This document shows, piece by piece, positions 44,671 to 58,208 of a stretch of DNA of 64,000 bases. Source of the stretch: Eledone cirrhosa (Eukaryota); the NCBI GenBank assembly GCA_964016885.1, contig OZ024745.1:124930001-124994000 (forward strand), in the 5' to 3' direction. The notes below the pieces were generated by a model. The model was not told the origin of the DNA, made no database searches, and worked only from the letters and a program-made list of their open reading frames with translations. The translations under genes were made by a program, and so were the position numbers. Positions within the stretch are counted from its first letter, which is position 1; every line of letters starts with the position of its first letter.

Positions 44671-44780
44671 ATATGTATATATATATATATATATCTGTGT
44701 ATGTGTGTGTATATATGTGTGTGTGGGTTTGCGTGTATATGTATGTTTGTGTGCATCACACACGCACACACACACACACT

Positions 44781-44877
<97 letters not shown>

Positions 44878-44975
44878 ATATGTTTGTGTGTGCGTGTGTG
44901 TCTGCATGTGTGTTTGTGTGTGTATGTATATGAAATAATAAGCAACATATTTAATACAGCTGGAGTTAAAATGGC

Positions 44976-45163
44976 AAATAACTGTTTCTACTTTAGGCAC
45001 AAGGCCAGCAATTTACCAATGCATTACTGGTACTTTATTTTATCGACCCCGTAAGGATGAAAGGCAAAGTCAATCTCGGCGGGATTTGAACTCAGATCGT
45101 AAAGGGACGTAACTATGCTGGAAAGCATGGCGTCCGACCCTCTACCGATACTGCCAATCCACC
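44976..45163 (-). mobile_element. tRNA-derived SINE (Meta-domain-like), near full length
   Basis: Near-identical to 10611-10797. Confidence 0.85.
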
Positions 45164-45536
45164 AACACCAATGAAAATGATAATAACAAACAGAAGCGAT
45201 AAAGAGGAGAATTATAACATCATCAAAACAATCATTATCAACAGCATCTCCAACACAAGCATCAGTAGTAACACCACGAGCAACAATGTCATCATAAGTA
45301 GAGAACACATAAAAAAAAAATAACGTAATGTAGCGCTATTTCTACATCATTAAAACCAACGATAAAAAGAAAAAAGCATTAACTAAAATATGGAGAATTA
45401 CGATGGAAAAATTCAGAAAATCATGGATGATGGCAGAAAGACGAACAGCAAATCATGTAAACAATATACATCTACATATATATATATACAGATGTAAATT
45501 GTATATGTATGTATATATATATATATGTATGTATGC

Positions 45537-45595
<59 letters not shown>

Positions 45596-45832
45596 AATAG
45601 AATAGCTTTCACCGTATTTTTGACTAAAGGAATTTTAGCCTGATAATGGGATTTAGAACCCTCAGATAAATGGAAAAATATGAGTATTGTCGTCAATACT
45701 CATCTTTTTCCATTTATCTGAGGGTTCTAAACCCCACTATCAGGCTAAAATTCCTTTAGTAAAAAATACGGTGAAAGCTATTCTATTTTTTAATTTCAAA
45801 CCTGCTCACTCTTTCAAAACATACTTACTTGA
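45596..45832. repeat. Fold-back palindrome plus tail in (AT)n (family J)
   Basis: ~95-bp arms centred near 45691 with a ~45-bp right tail. No convincing hammerhead. Confidence 0.7.
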
Positions 45833-45883
45833 TATATATATATGTATATATATATAAATAATGATATAAATACATACATATAT

Positions 45884-45958
<75 letters not shown>

Positions 45959-46141
45959 GACCCTCCCAAAGTATAACAATATATATATATATATATATAT
46001 AAAGAATAAATAATAACAGGTAGACATCATAAAATGATATATACATATGGGGTTGTGTTTTGTTTGCTTGAATATATTTATATATTCAATATATTTATAT
46101 ATATATATGTGTGCGTGTGAATATATACATATACGTATATA

Positions 46142-46219
<78 letters not shown>

Positions 46220-46226
46220 CATATAC

Positions 46227-46347
<121 letters not shown>

Positions 46348-46399
46348 TATATACATGCATACATATCCACTCATTTAATACATATATATATATATATAC

Positions 46400-46483
<84 letters not shown>

Positions 46484-46498
46484 ATATATATATATATG

Positions 46499-46592
<94 letters not shown>

Positions 46593-46626
46593 CACATATA
46601 TATATACATGCATACATATATACTCA

Positions 46627-46664
<38 letters not shown>

Positions 46665-47070
46665 AAATGTGTCAGATATTGTATGTGTGTATTTTGGTAT
46701 ATAGATGTTTGTGTTTGTACGTGAGTTTATGAGATTATGAAGAATCATAAAGAAATAAGAAACAGAAAATATTGCCTATGAACATGAATCACCATTCTGA
46801 GACAATTTAAGTCTATGAAAGCCATTTACTAATAAGAACCAGGTTATAATGTGCACATTAAATAAGAGTAATGCCCTAGGAGAACAGCACTGTTCTTTCT
46901 AGAGATAACACAATATCACATTCTTTCTAATCAGAAACACACCATTGCACACACAAGCTCATGCATTCTCGCACACACATTGTGTATATGTGCAGGTATG
47001 TATGAATGTATATATGTATGTATGTTTACACATATTTGCATATACATGCATAAAGCCTACTCATGTATTC

Positions 47071-47104
<34 letters not shown>

Positions 47105-47132
47105 TTGAGTGTGTGTATGCATTTATGTATAC

Positions 47133-47174
<42 letters not shown>

Positions 47175-47256
47175 TATTATATATTTATACATATATATAT
47201 ATATATATAATATTCTTATATATATATATATATTATATATATATATATAATATTCT

Positions 47257-47300
<44 letters not shown>

Positions 47301-47630
47301 TATACATACCTATATATATATATAAATACATACATGTATACATGTCTATCATCGGTATAATTCATAACTGTAATAAATACACAATATTTATCTTTAATCA
47401 ACATACACATATACAATATATGTGCGGAACTGGAGAAGCTTGTCATATACAGTTTTACTCACATATGTTTGAAAGCATTCGCACGTTTCTACAAAAACGT
47501 ATGTGGGAATCATACATTGCTATTCATACATACTTACATATATACATACATAAATACATACAAGCATACATACACACATTCATACATATATACATACATG
47601 CATATATACATACATATATACAGATATTCA

Positions 47631-47666
<36 letters not shown>

Positions 47667-50600
47667 TATATATATTCGAAAGTGAGGGGTTTTTTTTACA
47701 CTTCTCTATGGGGCTTGGTATTCAAGGATAAACGTTTCTATCCAGGCCAGCCGGTGGTGTACAAATACATGAGTGAAAGGTCAAATAAGAGACCCACAAA
47801 TACAGTGAGACGCTGAATGCATCAATCTTGTCAACCCTGGGTCCCAACCTAAAAAGTGAATTTTTTTTGCTTCCAGATCTGATGAAGATCAGCCTTAAAT
47901 TGCTTCATCTTCCTACCATGCACACATGCATCACATGTAACCTCACTTGTTGAGGGTTGCTTTAGGCTGTAAGTTTTCTCCCAATCTGTGCAACACAAAG
48001 AGATTCAGCGAGAATGTTTCCCGCTATTCCCGCTATTTCCGGTTACTCCGGCTCACTCGCAAACATCTAGTTTGGATTTTCTGTCCGGCCAAATATTCTT
48101 GAATATGTTATAAAATGAAAAACATTTAACTGCAAGAGATAGTTGTGATGAATCGTCCGTGTCTCGTTAGAGTAAGTTAAAATTTCGCTACTACTACCTC
48201 TATCTCACTGCTATTTCATTAGATTACTTGAACATTTTGATTTGATTTTCCTCTCAGTTCATTCATATATATCATCAACAAATGTATTGCTACCGAACTG
48301 TTTAACTACATATCCACCCGTATAACATTCTGGCGTTGACATTGCTACCCGACTCCGTGCTTAAACAAAACCTATAATTAGAAGTGTGATATGATACACA
48401 TATTATATTTCATAGACCTGCCGAAGATGGCACGAACATCCCATAGTATGGCTTTGTTGATGTTGTCAAATGCCATAATGATCTATATTTATACCATGTA
48501 TAATTGATTCTACTGCTTAATGTAGTTACCATCTAAATAACGTAGTTTGAATGATGATCCACCAAAAATTATTAAAGCAGCTATTTTTTTTATTTGTTCC
48601 TTACGGTATCTGTTCCCAGACTAACAGTATTTGTTCCCATTTTAAAACTAGATGGGATATTTCTTTGCAGTTTGATTTGGTAGCTAAGTGTTCCATGTTA
48701 CCTTCATGTAGGTGTTCCTTTTATATTGCAATGTGTTCTATCTGGGTGTATATTCGGTTGTTTGCGTCTGTTAATAGGATGTTTTGAAGTCTACGAAGCT
48801 TCAAAACGAAAATCAGATAAAAGCACATCCCTAATATTTATATTCCATCTCGAAATTGCTTCAGATTCGATAGAGTAATGTAACATTCAGACGTTTAAAA
48901 ATCTATTTTTTTAATGCAGTATTAATGTTACTGAAATATAAAATATTTACCAATTCAGTATTTTGAATTACGTAAACGAATCATCGTATACAGTGAACAT
49001 ACATAGGAAAAGTAAACACAGTAATACAACTAATGTATTTCAATATATTTGAAACAATAAATAAAATTACAAAATGTTGGCGCAGTTTTATTCTACAAAC
49101 GTTAACTTGCTAATACGAATATTACAATATATTTTTATATAGCTACATGTATGTATGGCCCTGTAGCTCCTGGGGAAGCCATAGAATCGCCGTATTGAGG
49201 TACAGCATTTCTGAGGTATTATGTTATCTGAACCTGACAGAGCCCATCTCCTCTCCAGTTCTTAATACAGCAGGTTTCTTCCAAAGAAAATAGAAACTGA
49301 AAGTTTCTACAATAGAATTACCTTTCTATTTTCCACCGTCATCCTATTTCATTACAAATAATAATCAATTTGCATGATAGTTTGAAACTTAAATGTTTCA
49401 GATTTTGAAAGGCAATGATAAAATTGAATAATGAACAAAAGAAAATCTGTTTAATTGTACTTTAGTAATTTTCCAGTTAGAATAATAATTGATATCTTTA
49501 CAGTTTGTTACTAGAGGGAGACGTTTTCACTTCTTTGAAAACATGAGATGATACCTTATAGTCATTAAGGCATTTCCTCATCAATTAAAACGCAACAGCA
49601 TGCACAGTTAAGAGATTCTGAAAGGATGATATGTTAGCATTCATATTTTACAGCATAAGCGATGGACTTTAGCCTCATTTGAAACCGTAATTTGGAATGG
49701 TTTTTAAAGGCATTATGAACAGAAATTCACCAAATATGGAGAATTCTTAAATAATCCTCTTTTGATATAACAAAATTCTGTCAAGGGATTCGTCATCTTA
49801 CCACATTTTCGCTGCAATTCTTCCTACACATCATCTGGAGATCCCTGCAAAATCTCTTCCTCAACAGATATCTGTATTTATTCTATAACCACATTAATCA
49901 CTCCAAATATATGCTCTGCATAACTACCTACTCAGTAATGATATACAATGTGCATTAACAAATATAACAATCCTGACATCCACCCACCATTTCGTATCGG
50001 TTACGAAAAGTGAGCATCCAGGATATTTGATACAACTATGATATCAATGAGGACCTAACATGCCATTATTACATTCCAATAAAGGAATGTATTTTACGCT
50101 GTACAACAATTAAGTCATACATTTCTCAACTGTACTTCAAAACACTTTTATTATTTAACAATATATCTTTTCTAAATTCATACAATTTGGATATACACTT
50201 TGCTAATGTAGCCCTTGTTGCAATAAAATAAAAGTAAAACGTCCAATGTCTTTTTTATTGTTGCTTGCTTGTTTGTTGGTATTGATGACATCATATGCTG
50301 TAATGGTAAGAAAAGTGGATGAGGAGATGGATCTGATATAACATTGAAAATATTGTTGTCCATGTAGTACACGTGTGTGGCGTGTAGATGTTTGAGTTTA
50401 CGTTTTATGTTTGTATAGCTCTCGTAATTTAGCAGTTCGACGAATAGTGATCAACAAAATATTACCAGCTTTGAAGAACAATTGCTGGGCTCAGTGTTAA
50501 CATGACAGGTGTCTAATGATAGGAGCCAGTAAAAGTGTAACATTATTTAGATTAATCTTTTTGATCTCATTTTCTACACCACTCCTAACGCGGTAGATAG

Positions 50601-51488
50601 AATAGGTACCAGTAATATACTGCTTATGGGAGGAAGTGAATTCAATTCCTCAAATGAATACTTACCTCCCAAATGCCTGACTTTGAGTAGGAGATTACAT
50701 TGCTTTTGCGTTTTTAGTAATGGTGACAATGCTTTTGATTAGGGTTAAAATCGACTTTACAGAATAATGATAGTGGGGATTTATATTGAAGAAAGTTTGG
50801 GAATGAATCATACTGACATTTTCAGGAGTAAAACTTTAAAATATGTAAGTGTCTATACTCTAATATCTCTTCATGTGTACGTTATAGTTTTATACACTTT
50901 TATCAATACTTAAATATGTTTTATGATATTACTCATTAGATGATCTACATAGTACATGAGCACTGATCCTTCCCAGTGACACAAGAAGGGTAAACAATTA
51001 TCTAGTATAATTGTCTTTTCTCTTCAGTATCGAACTTTATATACTCATACGATTAGTAATATATCAATGCAGTCATACTTTATTTAATCAACATCTAAGG
51101 TAAGACGAAATAATATTTAATATTTATATGCAATTACTATTCTACAATCTCTACCTCTAACACTTAGCTATATACATTTATCATTATAATTCAACAAACT
51201 TCTGATGTAAATTCTTTGATTTAGTTGTATTTCTGCCATCGCTGTCCCATATGTCTTTCTTTATGATATCTACACACATTTAATCTTATTTAATTCGATA
51301 AAAGTGTCTAGTCCCGTCTAAAGCAACCCCAGTATTTTGCTTTAACCATATCATGCAATAGTTCTGTGCATATTCTGTGATTAAGCAAAATTGCTTTCCA
51401 GTTCAAACTACACAGAGCAAGATATATTGTGTCTATTCGTATGTACACAGAAAGACATACATTTAAACACATACAAACATACATTAAT

Positions 51489-51597
<109 letters not shown>

Positions 51598-52167
51598 TAT
51601 ATATATAGTGTTTACACAACAGTTAGTTCACCATACTGAGAACAATTGTTTCACCTACATTAGCGTATCTTCAGCTCGTAATGGACATGGTTGTACGGAA
51701 CAGGAAGGACAACCGTACGAACGCGCATGCGCAGAAACCGGTCACTTCACACAGGCAATACTAAATGCGTGCGAGAGGTGTAAGGGAGGTAACTGCGAAA
51801 GTCCTAAAAGTTTTTAGTTGATGAGAAAAATTATGATGTTGTAATAATTCAATCCGGAGCTTTGTAGTTATGTAAGAGGTGTTTCGAAACGTGTGGACAA
51901 TGTGTAAACAATTCATTTCTCGTGTTTAGGAAATCACTATTGCATAATCTCTTTAGAATATTTTTATTCGTTCATCAATACATAGTCCCCACGACGGATT
52001 TCCCCTTGCGTATGGCTTGAACTTAGTGATGGCTTTCCATTGAATGGAGTAGTCTATACTTGAGTGCTTGAGGAACCATACGTGGCTTGCGAGTTTCGTG
52101 GATGAACATCTGTCCGGGTACCTAAAGGTCGACTGGTGGTCCGGGCCCACGGCAAGAGCACCCGCCA

Positions 52168-52570
52168 GGGTGCTCCTGCCGTAAGCCCTAAGCTTATCCC
52201 CTTACACAGCAATGCAACACACCCGCTGTAATTTATGAAGCTGTGGTCACTTCCAACCGACCAAACCAACCACAGGAGCTCAAATCCTATGTTGGCATGG
52301 CGGAGGGCCGATTTAAGGAACGTTTCCTGAACCACCGGTCGACCTTTAGGTACCCGGACAGACGTTCATCCACGAAACTCGCGAGCCATGTATGGTCCCT
52401 CAAGGACTCAAGTATAGACTACTCCATTCAGTGAACTATGTATTGATGAACGAATAAATATTCTAAAGAAATTATGCAATAGTGATTGCCTAAACACGAG
52501 AAATGAATTCTTCATACGTTGTCCACACGTCTCGAAACACCTCTTGCATAACTACAAAGCTGCGATTTGA
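52168..52570 (+). pseudogene. GIY-YIG endonuclease fragment (CxC linker, VIY..YVG, terminal CxH)
   Basis: GCSCRKP...CNTPAVIYEAVV...YVGMAEGRFKERFLNHRSTF...TKLASHVWSLK...CIDER...LNTRNEFFIRCPH. Has an internal deletion relative to the minus arm. Confidence 0.85.
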
Positions 52571-52741
52571 ATTATTCCAACATCATCATTTTTCTCATCA
52601 ACTAAAAACTTTTCGGACTTTCCCAGTTATTTCCCTTACACCGCTCGCACGCATTTTAGTATTGCCTGTGTGAAGTGACCGGTTTCTGCGCATGCGCGTT
52701 CGTACGGTTGTCCTTCCTGTTCCGTATAACCATGTCCATTA

Positions 52742-52779
52742 CGAGCTGAAGATCCACTAATGTGAAACAATTGTTCTCG
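52742..52779 (+). ncRNA. Type I minimal hammerhead (family M)
   Basis: CGAG-CTGAAGA-TCCACTAATGT-GAAA-CAATTG-TT^-CTCG; stem III is the palindrome ACAATTGT. Confidence 0.7.
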
Positions 52780-52837
52780 GTATGGTGAACTAACTGTTGT
52801 GTAACCACTTCTACCTCGTCCAATGGACTGAGTGCTC

Positions 52838-53200
52838 TAAGCCGTACAGTGTTTAGCAACCATCATTGCCCTTTTGTTCAACACTGACAAAGGAACGATG
52901 TACTAGTTTCAAGCTTATTAGCTATCATCAGGATCGTATACCTTCCTGTCAGTGTTGAACAAAAGGGCAACGATCATTGCTAAACACTGTACGGCTTAAT
53001 TCGAGCTGTTTGTTTACAAACAAACCGATCATAATAATAAATGTTCGGTAAGCCCATACGTACATATATATGTGCATGTATGCATATATATACATACTAC
53101 TGTACGTCTATATACATATATGTATGTACGTATACATACTTATATTTAAGTAATTTAAGTAACAGCCTTAATGAAATTTCGTTTCATTTTTTCCATTTAT
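52838..53200. mobile_element. Fold-back PLE end, family C, with hammerhead at 52895-52937 (-)
   Basis: Arms 52838-52890 / 52947-53000. CTGATGA-TAGCTAATAAGCTT-GAAA-CTAG-TA^ on the minus strand; tail shared with 19925-19980. Confidence 0.8.
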
Positions 53201-53286
53201 ATATGTATATATATATAGAATTATATATAGTATCCTTAATACTATAATTATATATATGTATATATATGTGTATGGATATATATATG

Positions 53287-53446
<160 letters not shown>

Positions 53447-53448
53447 TA

Positions 53449-53817
53449 CACGGGTGTGTATGATTGTGTATAGAAGATTATATTAATAAGAGGAATTCCA
53501 ACTTTGTCGTTTTATTTACAATCCTTTAAAATTTATAATGAAATAGTAAGATAGAATATTAAATGTTAAGTGTTAATTGAACAAGTACTTTGATGCTTTC
53601 GCAATCTTCAGGTTCATAATGTGTGGTGACAGTCAAGTTTGCAAACTTGACTGTCACCACACATTATGAACCTGAAGATTGCGAAAGCATGAAAGTACTT
53701 GTTTAACTAACACATAACATTTAATATTCTATCATACTATTTCATTATAATACCATTATAAATTTTAAAGGATTGTAAATAAAACGAATAAATCAGACAA
53801 AGTTGGAATTCCTCTTA

Positions 53818-53822
<5 letters not shown>
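53449..53822. mobile_element. Fold-back PLE end, family G, with hammerhead at 53667-53705 (+)
   Basis: ~160-bp arms centred on caagtttgcaaacttg. TGAAC-CTGAAGA-TTGCGAAAGCAT-GAAA-GTAC-TT^-GTTTA. Confidence 0.8.
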
Positions 53823-53858
<36 letters not shown>

Positions 53859-54059
53859 TTCTGCGTTCACAGATTGACTTTTTTAGTTTCAGAAGATCCC
53901 GTTAAGGGTGAAAGCAGCGATTCTTTGCTTAAACTTTAATCTGTTATTTCAATAAATATTTGCTCTACGGTTCTCATATATCTGACATATATTTATCCTT
54001 AACGAGCCCTCTTTGGATTTTAGTCTTCAAATTTATTATTATTACTATATATATATATA

Positions 54060-54643
54060 TAGAGTGGAACAACAACAACACCCAAACAAACAACATTGAC
54101 CTAAGAGAAGTATAAATAAGTAAATAAAATAAAATAAAATAAAATAAGATAAATAAATACATACACAAGCACAATAACAACAAGCACATAAACACACACT
54201 AGTCACCCAGCAGACACAACACTATACACACTAGTCACACATCACACATAACACTATACACACACGCAAACGCATGCGCAAAGAAGACAAAATAAAATAA
54301 GATAAACAAACAAACAAATAAATAAATAAATATATAGACAGACTGAATAAAAAAATGGCGTAGACATACAACACAACAGGAGGAACAATGAATATAACAC
54401 CACTGACGATGTTGCAGATGTGCAACGAAAGATTTTGTAAATTATGTAAACTATATATATGTGTTTGTGTCTATATTGTATCTGTATTATTTTTGACCGC
54501 CGGTCAGTCAATGGCAACATTGAGGACCGAGTAAGTTAGATCGCAGATATAAAAGACAGCGAGAAGCGAAAACCAACCAAACAGTGAGTGTGTTCTGTTA
54601 TTAATTCTGGCAATATTACGCAAATATGACCCTCCCCAAATAT

Positions 54644-54650
<7 letters not shown>
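54060..54650 (+). mobile_element. PLE pseudo-LTR, subfamily A2, with hammerhead core at 54403-54430
   Basis: CTGACGA-TGTTGCAGATGTGCAAC-GAAA; terminus atgaccctccccaaatataac is shared with family A. Confidence 0.75.
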
Positions 54651-54673
<23 letters not shown>

Positions 54674-54674
<1 letters not shown>

Positions 54675-56420
54675 GGAACCAGTAAGACCCCGACAGCTGA
54701 GCTCAAGCCGTTTCGACGGCAAATTCTGGACTAAATGAAAATTTATCCTGGTATATAAATAGCCGATCTTCTCAAGGGGTAATTCCATATATGGTCAGAG
54801 TGATTGTCAAAAATCAGTAGTAATTCTGTGGTTGCAAATTAGTAGGGGAGATGGTGGCTAAACCTGCCAGTAGGAGAAAGAGGGGAGGGGTGGAGTAGAC
54901 CCAATCAAGCGTTGGTAGTGCCAGCTACAGCTGGGCATGAGGTCAAAGAAGATACAGGGGAGGGGGAGGAAGTCGGAACGGTAGGTAGAACAATGGGGGG
55001 TAGAAATATATAAGAAAAGAAAAAATACTGAGAGTGAAGAAAAGCAAATAAGTGTAAAGAAAAAAGTAAAGTAAATTAAATTCTACGACCTAGGTCTCAG
55101 GCTATTGTTAGGCTAGAATAAAATAAAGAAAGAAAGAAAGAAGTAAAGAAATAAATAAATAAAGAAATAACGAAATAAGTAAAAGAACTAGGTGGGACGG
55201 ATTAGGCAAGGACCCTTTTAAGAGGTATAAGTACGTAAATGATACGGTGACGGGTCAACAAAAGGGGCCAAAATACTAAAGAGACTACCACGAAATAAAC
55301 AATAAAGGTTTCCATCCCGGGCCAGCAACGACCCAGTGCAGCAAAGTGAACTTGTACGAGATAATAATTCTGAGTCCCGAGAAAAATATATACTAATGCT
55401 AACTCTAAAAGATATAAAACAAGCAACATGAAAGTTCGTACGAAATAAAGGTAGAATACGGAGAAATAAATTCAGAATCCACCCCGCCCAGAAGAAAAGC
55501 GAAGCAAGAAATACTGAAACGAAAAAATAAGGCATAAGTGCCACTAAGAAATATAGAGGGCACAGAGAATAGTGGGAGCGGTCGGAAAAAGGGGGCAAGT
55601 ATCCGGGGTCTAAGCCAACTGCTATAAAGGGCGGAGTCCGCCAAATCTATCATAGACTAGGGGAGGGGTGGGGGGGGGGTACTAAGGCTACATGGGGCCA
55701 AAGGGCAGCCTCGGGTGGGCGAGAAAAGACGCCGACAAAGGAGAAGAGCTGGGGTAGAAGGACTAAGGAGAGAGGGGGGGAAGGAAATAAAGGAAGCGAT
55801 AAAAGAATACAAAGAAGATCTTACGTCTTCCTTGGCAAGCAGGGGTTACCCATTGCAAAATCGGCAAGTGGGGTGTTATAGCCCTAATCTACCCCCCGGG
55901 TCATTATAGGGTTTGAGGGCGAGGTAAGTCCTATGCAATCTATGTTTACATGCAGTGACCAGTTCATCTTTCTTGTTTAGGAGTTGGTCCGTCGAAAACA
56001 GCATTTGTAAAGTTTCCTCCGAGCATAAATCGCACGGACGGCGTCCTCCCGTGTAAGAATTGGCTCTGGACAGTAATCTCCAAGTGAGATCATAGGTGAT
56101 GTTGTTGTCCTTGAGGTCCCATATGTGGCCCGAAAGTGTAGTGGCGTGACGCCGGGCCGGGTTTCGGAAGGTATGTCTATGTTGGTATAGCCGGGTCTTG
56201 AAGTCACATGCGGTAAGTCCTATATAGGCTTTGTTGGAGGTATCCGTCCTCACGTTGCACTGGTAGATCACATTACGGTCTCTGCATCTATTGTCGAGTG
56301 GGCAAATAGATCTATCCGGGCAGTTACACCTCCTGGTCGGTTCTCCACTGCTATTTAGGTTATTTCTGCCATCGGGGTTGAGTTTTTTGTTGTTAGAGGA
56401 GACGATGTTTTGTGCGAAGT
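54674..56420 (-). mobile_element. 5'-truncated PLE, family K: GIY-YIG, ~1.2-kb 3' region, hammerhead-like terminus
   Basis: Terminus matches the hairpins at 1075 and 9169. Hammerhead fold at 54687-54780: ACCCC-TTGAGAA-long stem II-GAAA-CGGCTTGAGCTCAGCTG-TC^-GGGGT, with a degenerate core. Confidence 0.85.
55876..56415 (-). pseudogene. Uninterrupted GIY-YIG domain with CxCx5Cx5C linker and C-terminal CxxC..CxH (5'-truncated PLE ORF)
   Basis: [15 protein letters not shown]...NVIYQC...[16 protein letters not shown]...[11 protein letters not shown]...CDLCSEE...[15 protein letters not shown]. Confidence 0.9.
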
Positions 56421-56451
56421 GTGTGTTTGTGTGTGGGTGTATATATATATG

Positions 56452-56547
<96 letters not shown>

Positions 56548-57671
56548 TATATACACCCACACACAAACACACACTTGTATATTTGCTCACTCAATTGTGC
56601 ACAAAAGTATTATGCGTATTAAGATAGTTCAATAAACAATCCTAATGTAGTCAAATGCATGTGCATACATACACACATTTAAGCGTGTAAGATATGCACG
56701 CGTACATATTGCTAGAGTCTCTGGTTTTTTGTCTTTGTGCTAAATTCATATTCATCTGCTAGATTTTACAATGCACTATATTAATACTTGTTTTATTACA
56801 TCGATGAGGGCAACATTATATTGTCTTTTTTATAGTTGTTTAACTGGAAATGTTTCGTTTGAAAATATCCATTTAAATCTATTAATGTTATTACTCTTTC
56901 GCGTAGCTACAAGGCAAAGTGATATTTGTGAACTTGTGAAAAACAAAACGTACACTATTACAAACATGTTTTATCTTAAATCACTTTGGTTTCATTGTTG
57001 AAGATTGTGATTCAAACGTTTAAGGATATATTTTCTTTCTCAAGAAATTGTTGATGATGTTTAGATAGAAATGTTTCATTCACAACATTAGAAATGACAT
57101 TCTTTCAATCTCAAAATGTTAATGTTAGCGATATCAACGTTTTTAATCTATATACTAAATTGGCTGCAAATGACCTGCCGTTGAATGAAACGTATTTGTT
57201 TCAGGAATTGACCAAATTACAAATTACGTATATCTTGTTATTTCGCTTTAAGCGCTGGCTTCGGAATTCCGTAGTTTCCTTGCCCATGAACAGTTATTTT
57301 CTTGACCTACGTATAGCGAGTCAATGGAGGCTTTTATGCAAATGTGTCTGGATTGCTTTCAGTAACTTATTAATAGATCTCAAATATTCAATGTCTTCGT
57401 ACAACTTTCTAAATACTCTATGTCTAAAAAACAAGGAAATTGCGATGGATGGAATACCAATAAACATAGGTTTGCTTGGTCATGACTGACACGTAGTTAA
57501 TTCACAATACCATACGTCGAAGTATAATATAAATACATGAAAAAGTATCATAGTAAATTTATTTCTAATAGGGAGTAACTACCTCCCTAAACATGCCGAA
57601 GTTCACACCATCAGCATCAGGAAGATGTCCTCCCAAATTCTGATGATGTTTTGAAATTATCACTGACAATA

Positions 57672-57865
57672 AATAATAGTTTCTTCTTTTGGCACAAGGC
57701 CAGCAATTATCCCAGTGCATTACTGGTCCTTTATTTTATCGACCCCGTAAGGATGAAAGGCAAAGTTAACCTCGGTGGGATTTGAACTCAGATCGGAAAG
57801 GGGTGTAACTCTATGCTACAAAGCATGGTGTCCGATCCTCTACCGATATTGCCAATCCACCGCCC
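57672..57865 (-). mobile_element. tRNA-derived SINE (Meta-domain-like)
   Basis: Matches the other copies. Confidence 0.85.
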
Positions 57866-58033
57866 TGACACGGACGATAATTAATAAAATGTATTCGTAT
57901 CTGATACAGAGCAGTGATTTGAAAAGCTCCGCTGTTTCAAATTCATGGATGTCTACATGAAAGGAAATGTTGTTTAGGTTCTGAACTACAGTTGCCAAGC
58001 TGAATAAGGACTGATAACATCATATTTAAATTA

Positions 58034-58208
58034 GGTGGTATCGGTAGAGGGTCGGACGCCATGCTTTGCAGGAAAGAGTTACGGCCCTTTATGGTCTGAG
58101 TTCAAATCCCGCCGAGGTTAATCTTGCCTTTCATCCTTACGAGGTCGATAAAATAAAGTACCAGTAATGCACTGAGTAATTGCTGGCTTTGTGCCAAATG
58201 TAGAAACA
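58034..58208 (+). mobile_element. tRNA-derived SINE (Meta-domain-like) with 17-bp TSD
   Basis: TSD atcatatttaaattagg at 58019-58035 and 58209-58225. Confidence 0.85.

Larger units (their letters stand above)
51606..52840 (+). mobile_element. 5'-truncated PLE with inverted duplicated 3' part, family M
   Basis: Minus arm 51606-52140; plus arm ~52150-52840 with tail. Both arms carry GIY-YIG coding sequence and a hammerhead (51638-51678 -, 52742-52779 +). Confidence 0.88.

Noticed and set aside
47879-47910. CTGATGA at 47879 (also near 30615 and 59667)
   Set aside because: No properly placed stem II-GAAA-UH-stem I'; treated as chance matches.
49600-50080. Faint RT-like residues (QG...PHIF; DI*YNYD)
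   Set aside because: Too degenerate to call or assign to a family by eye.
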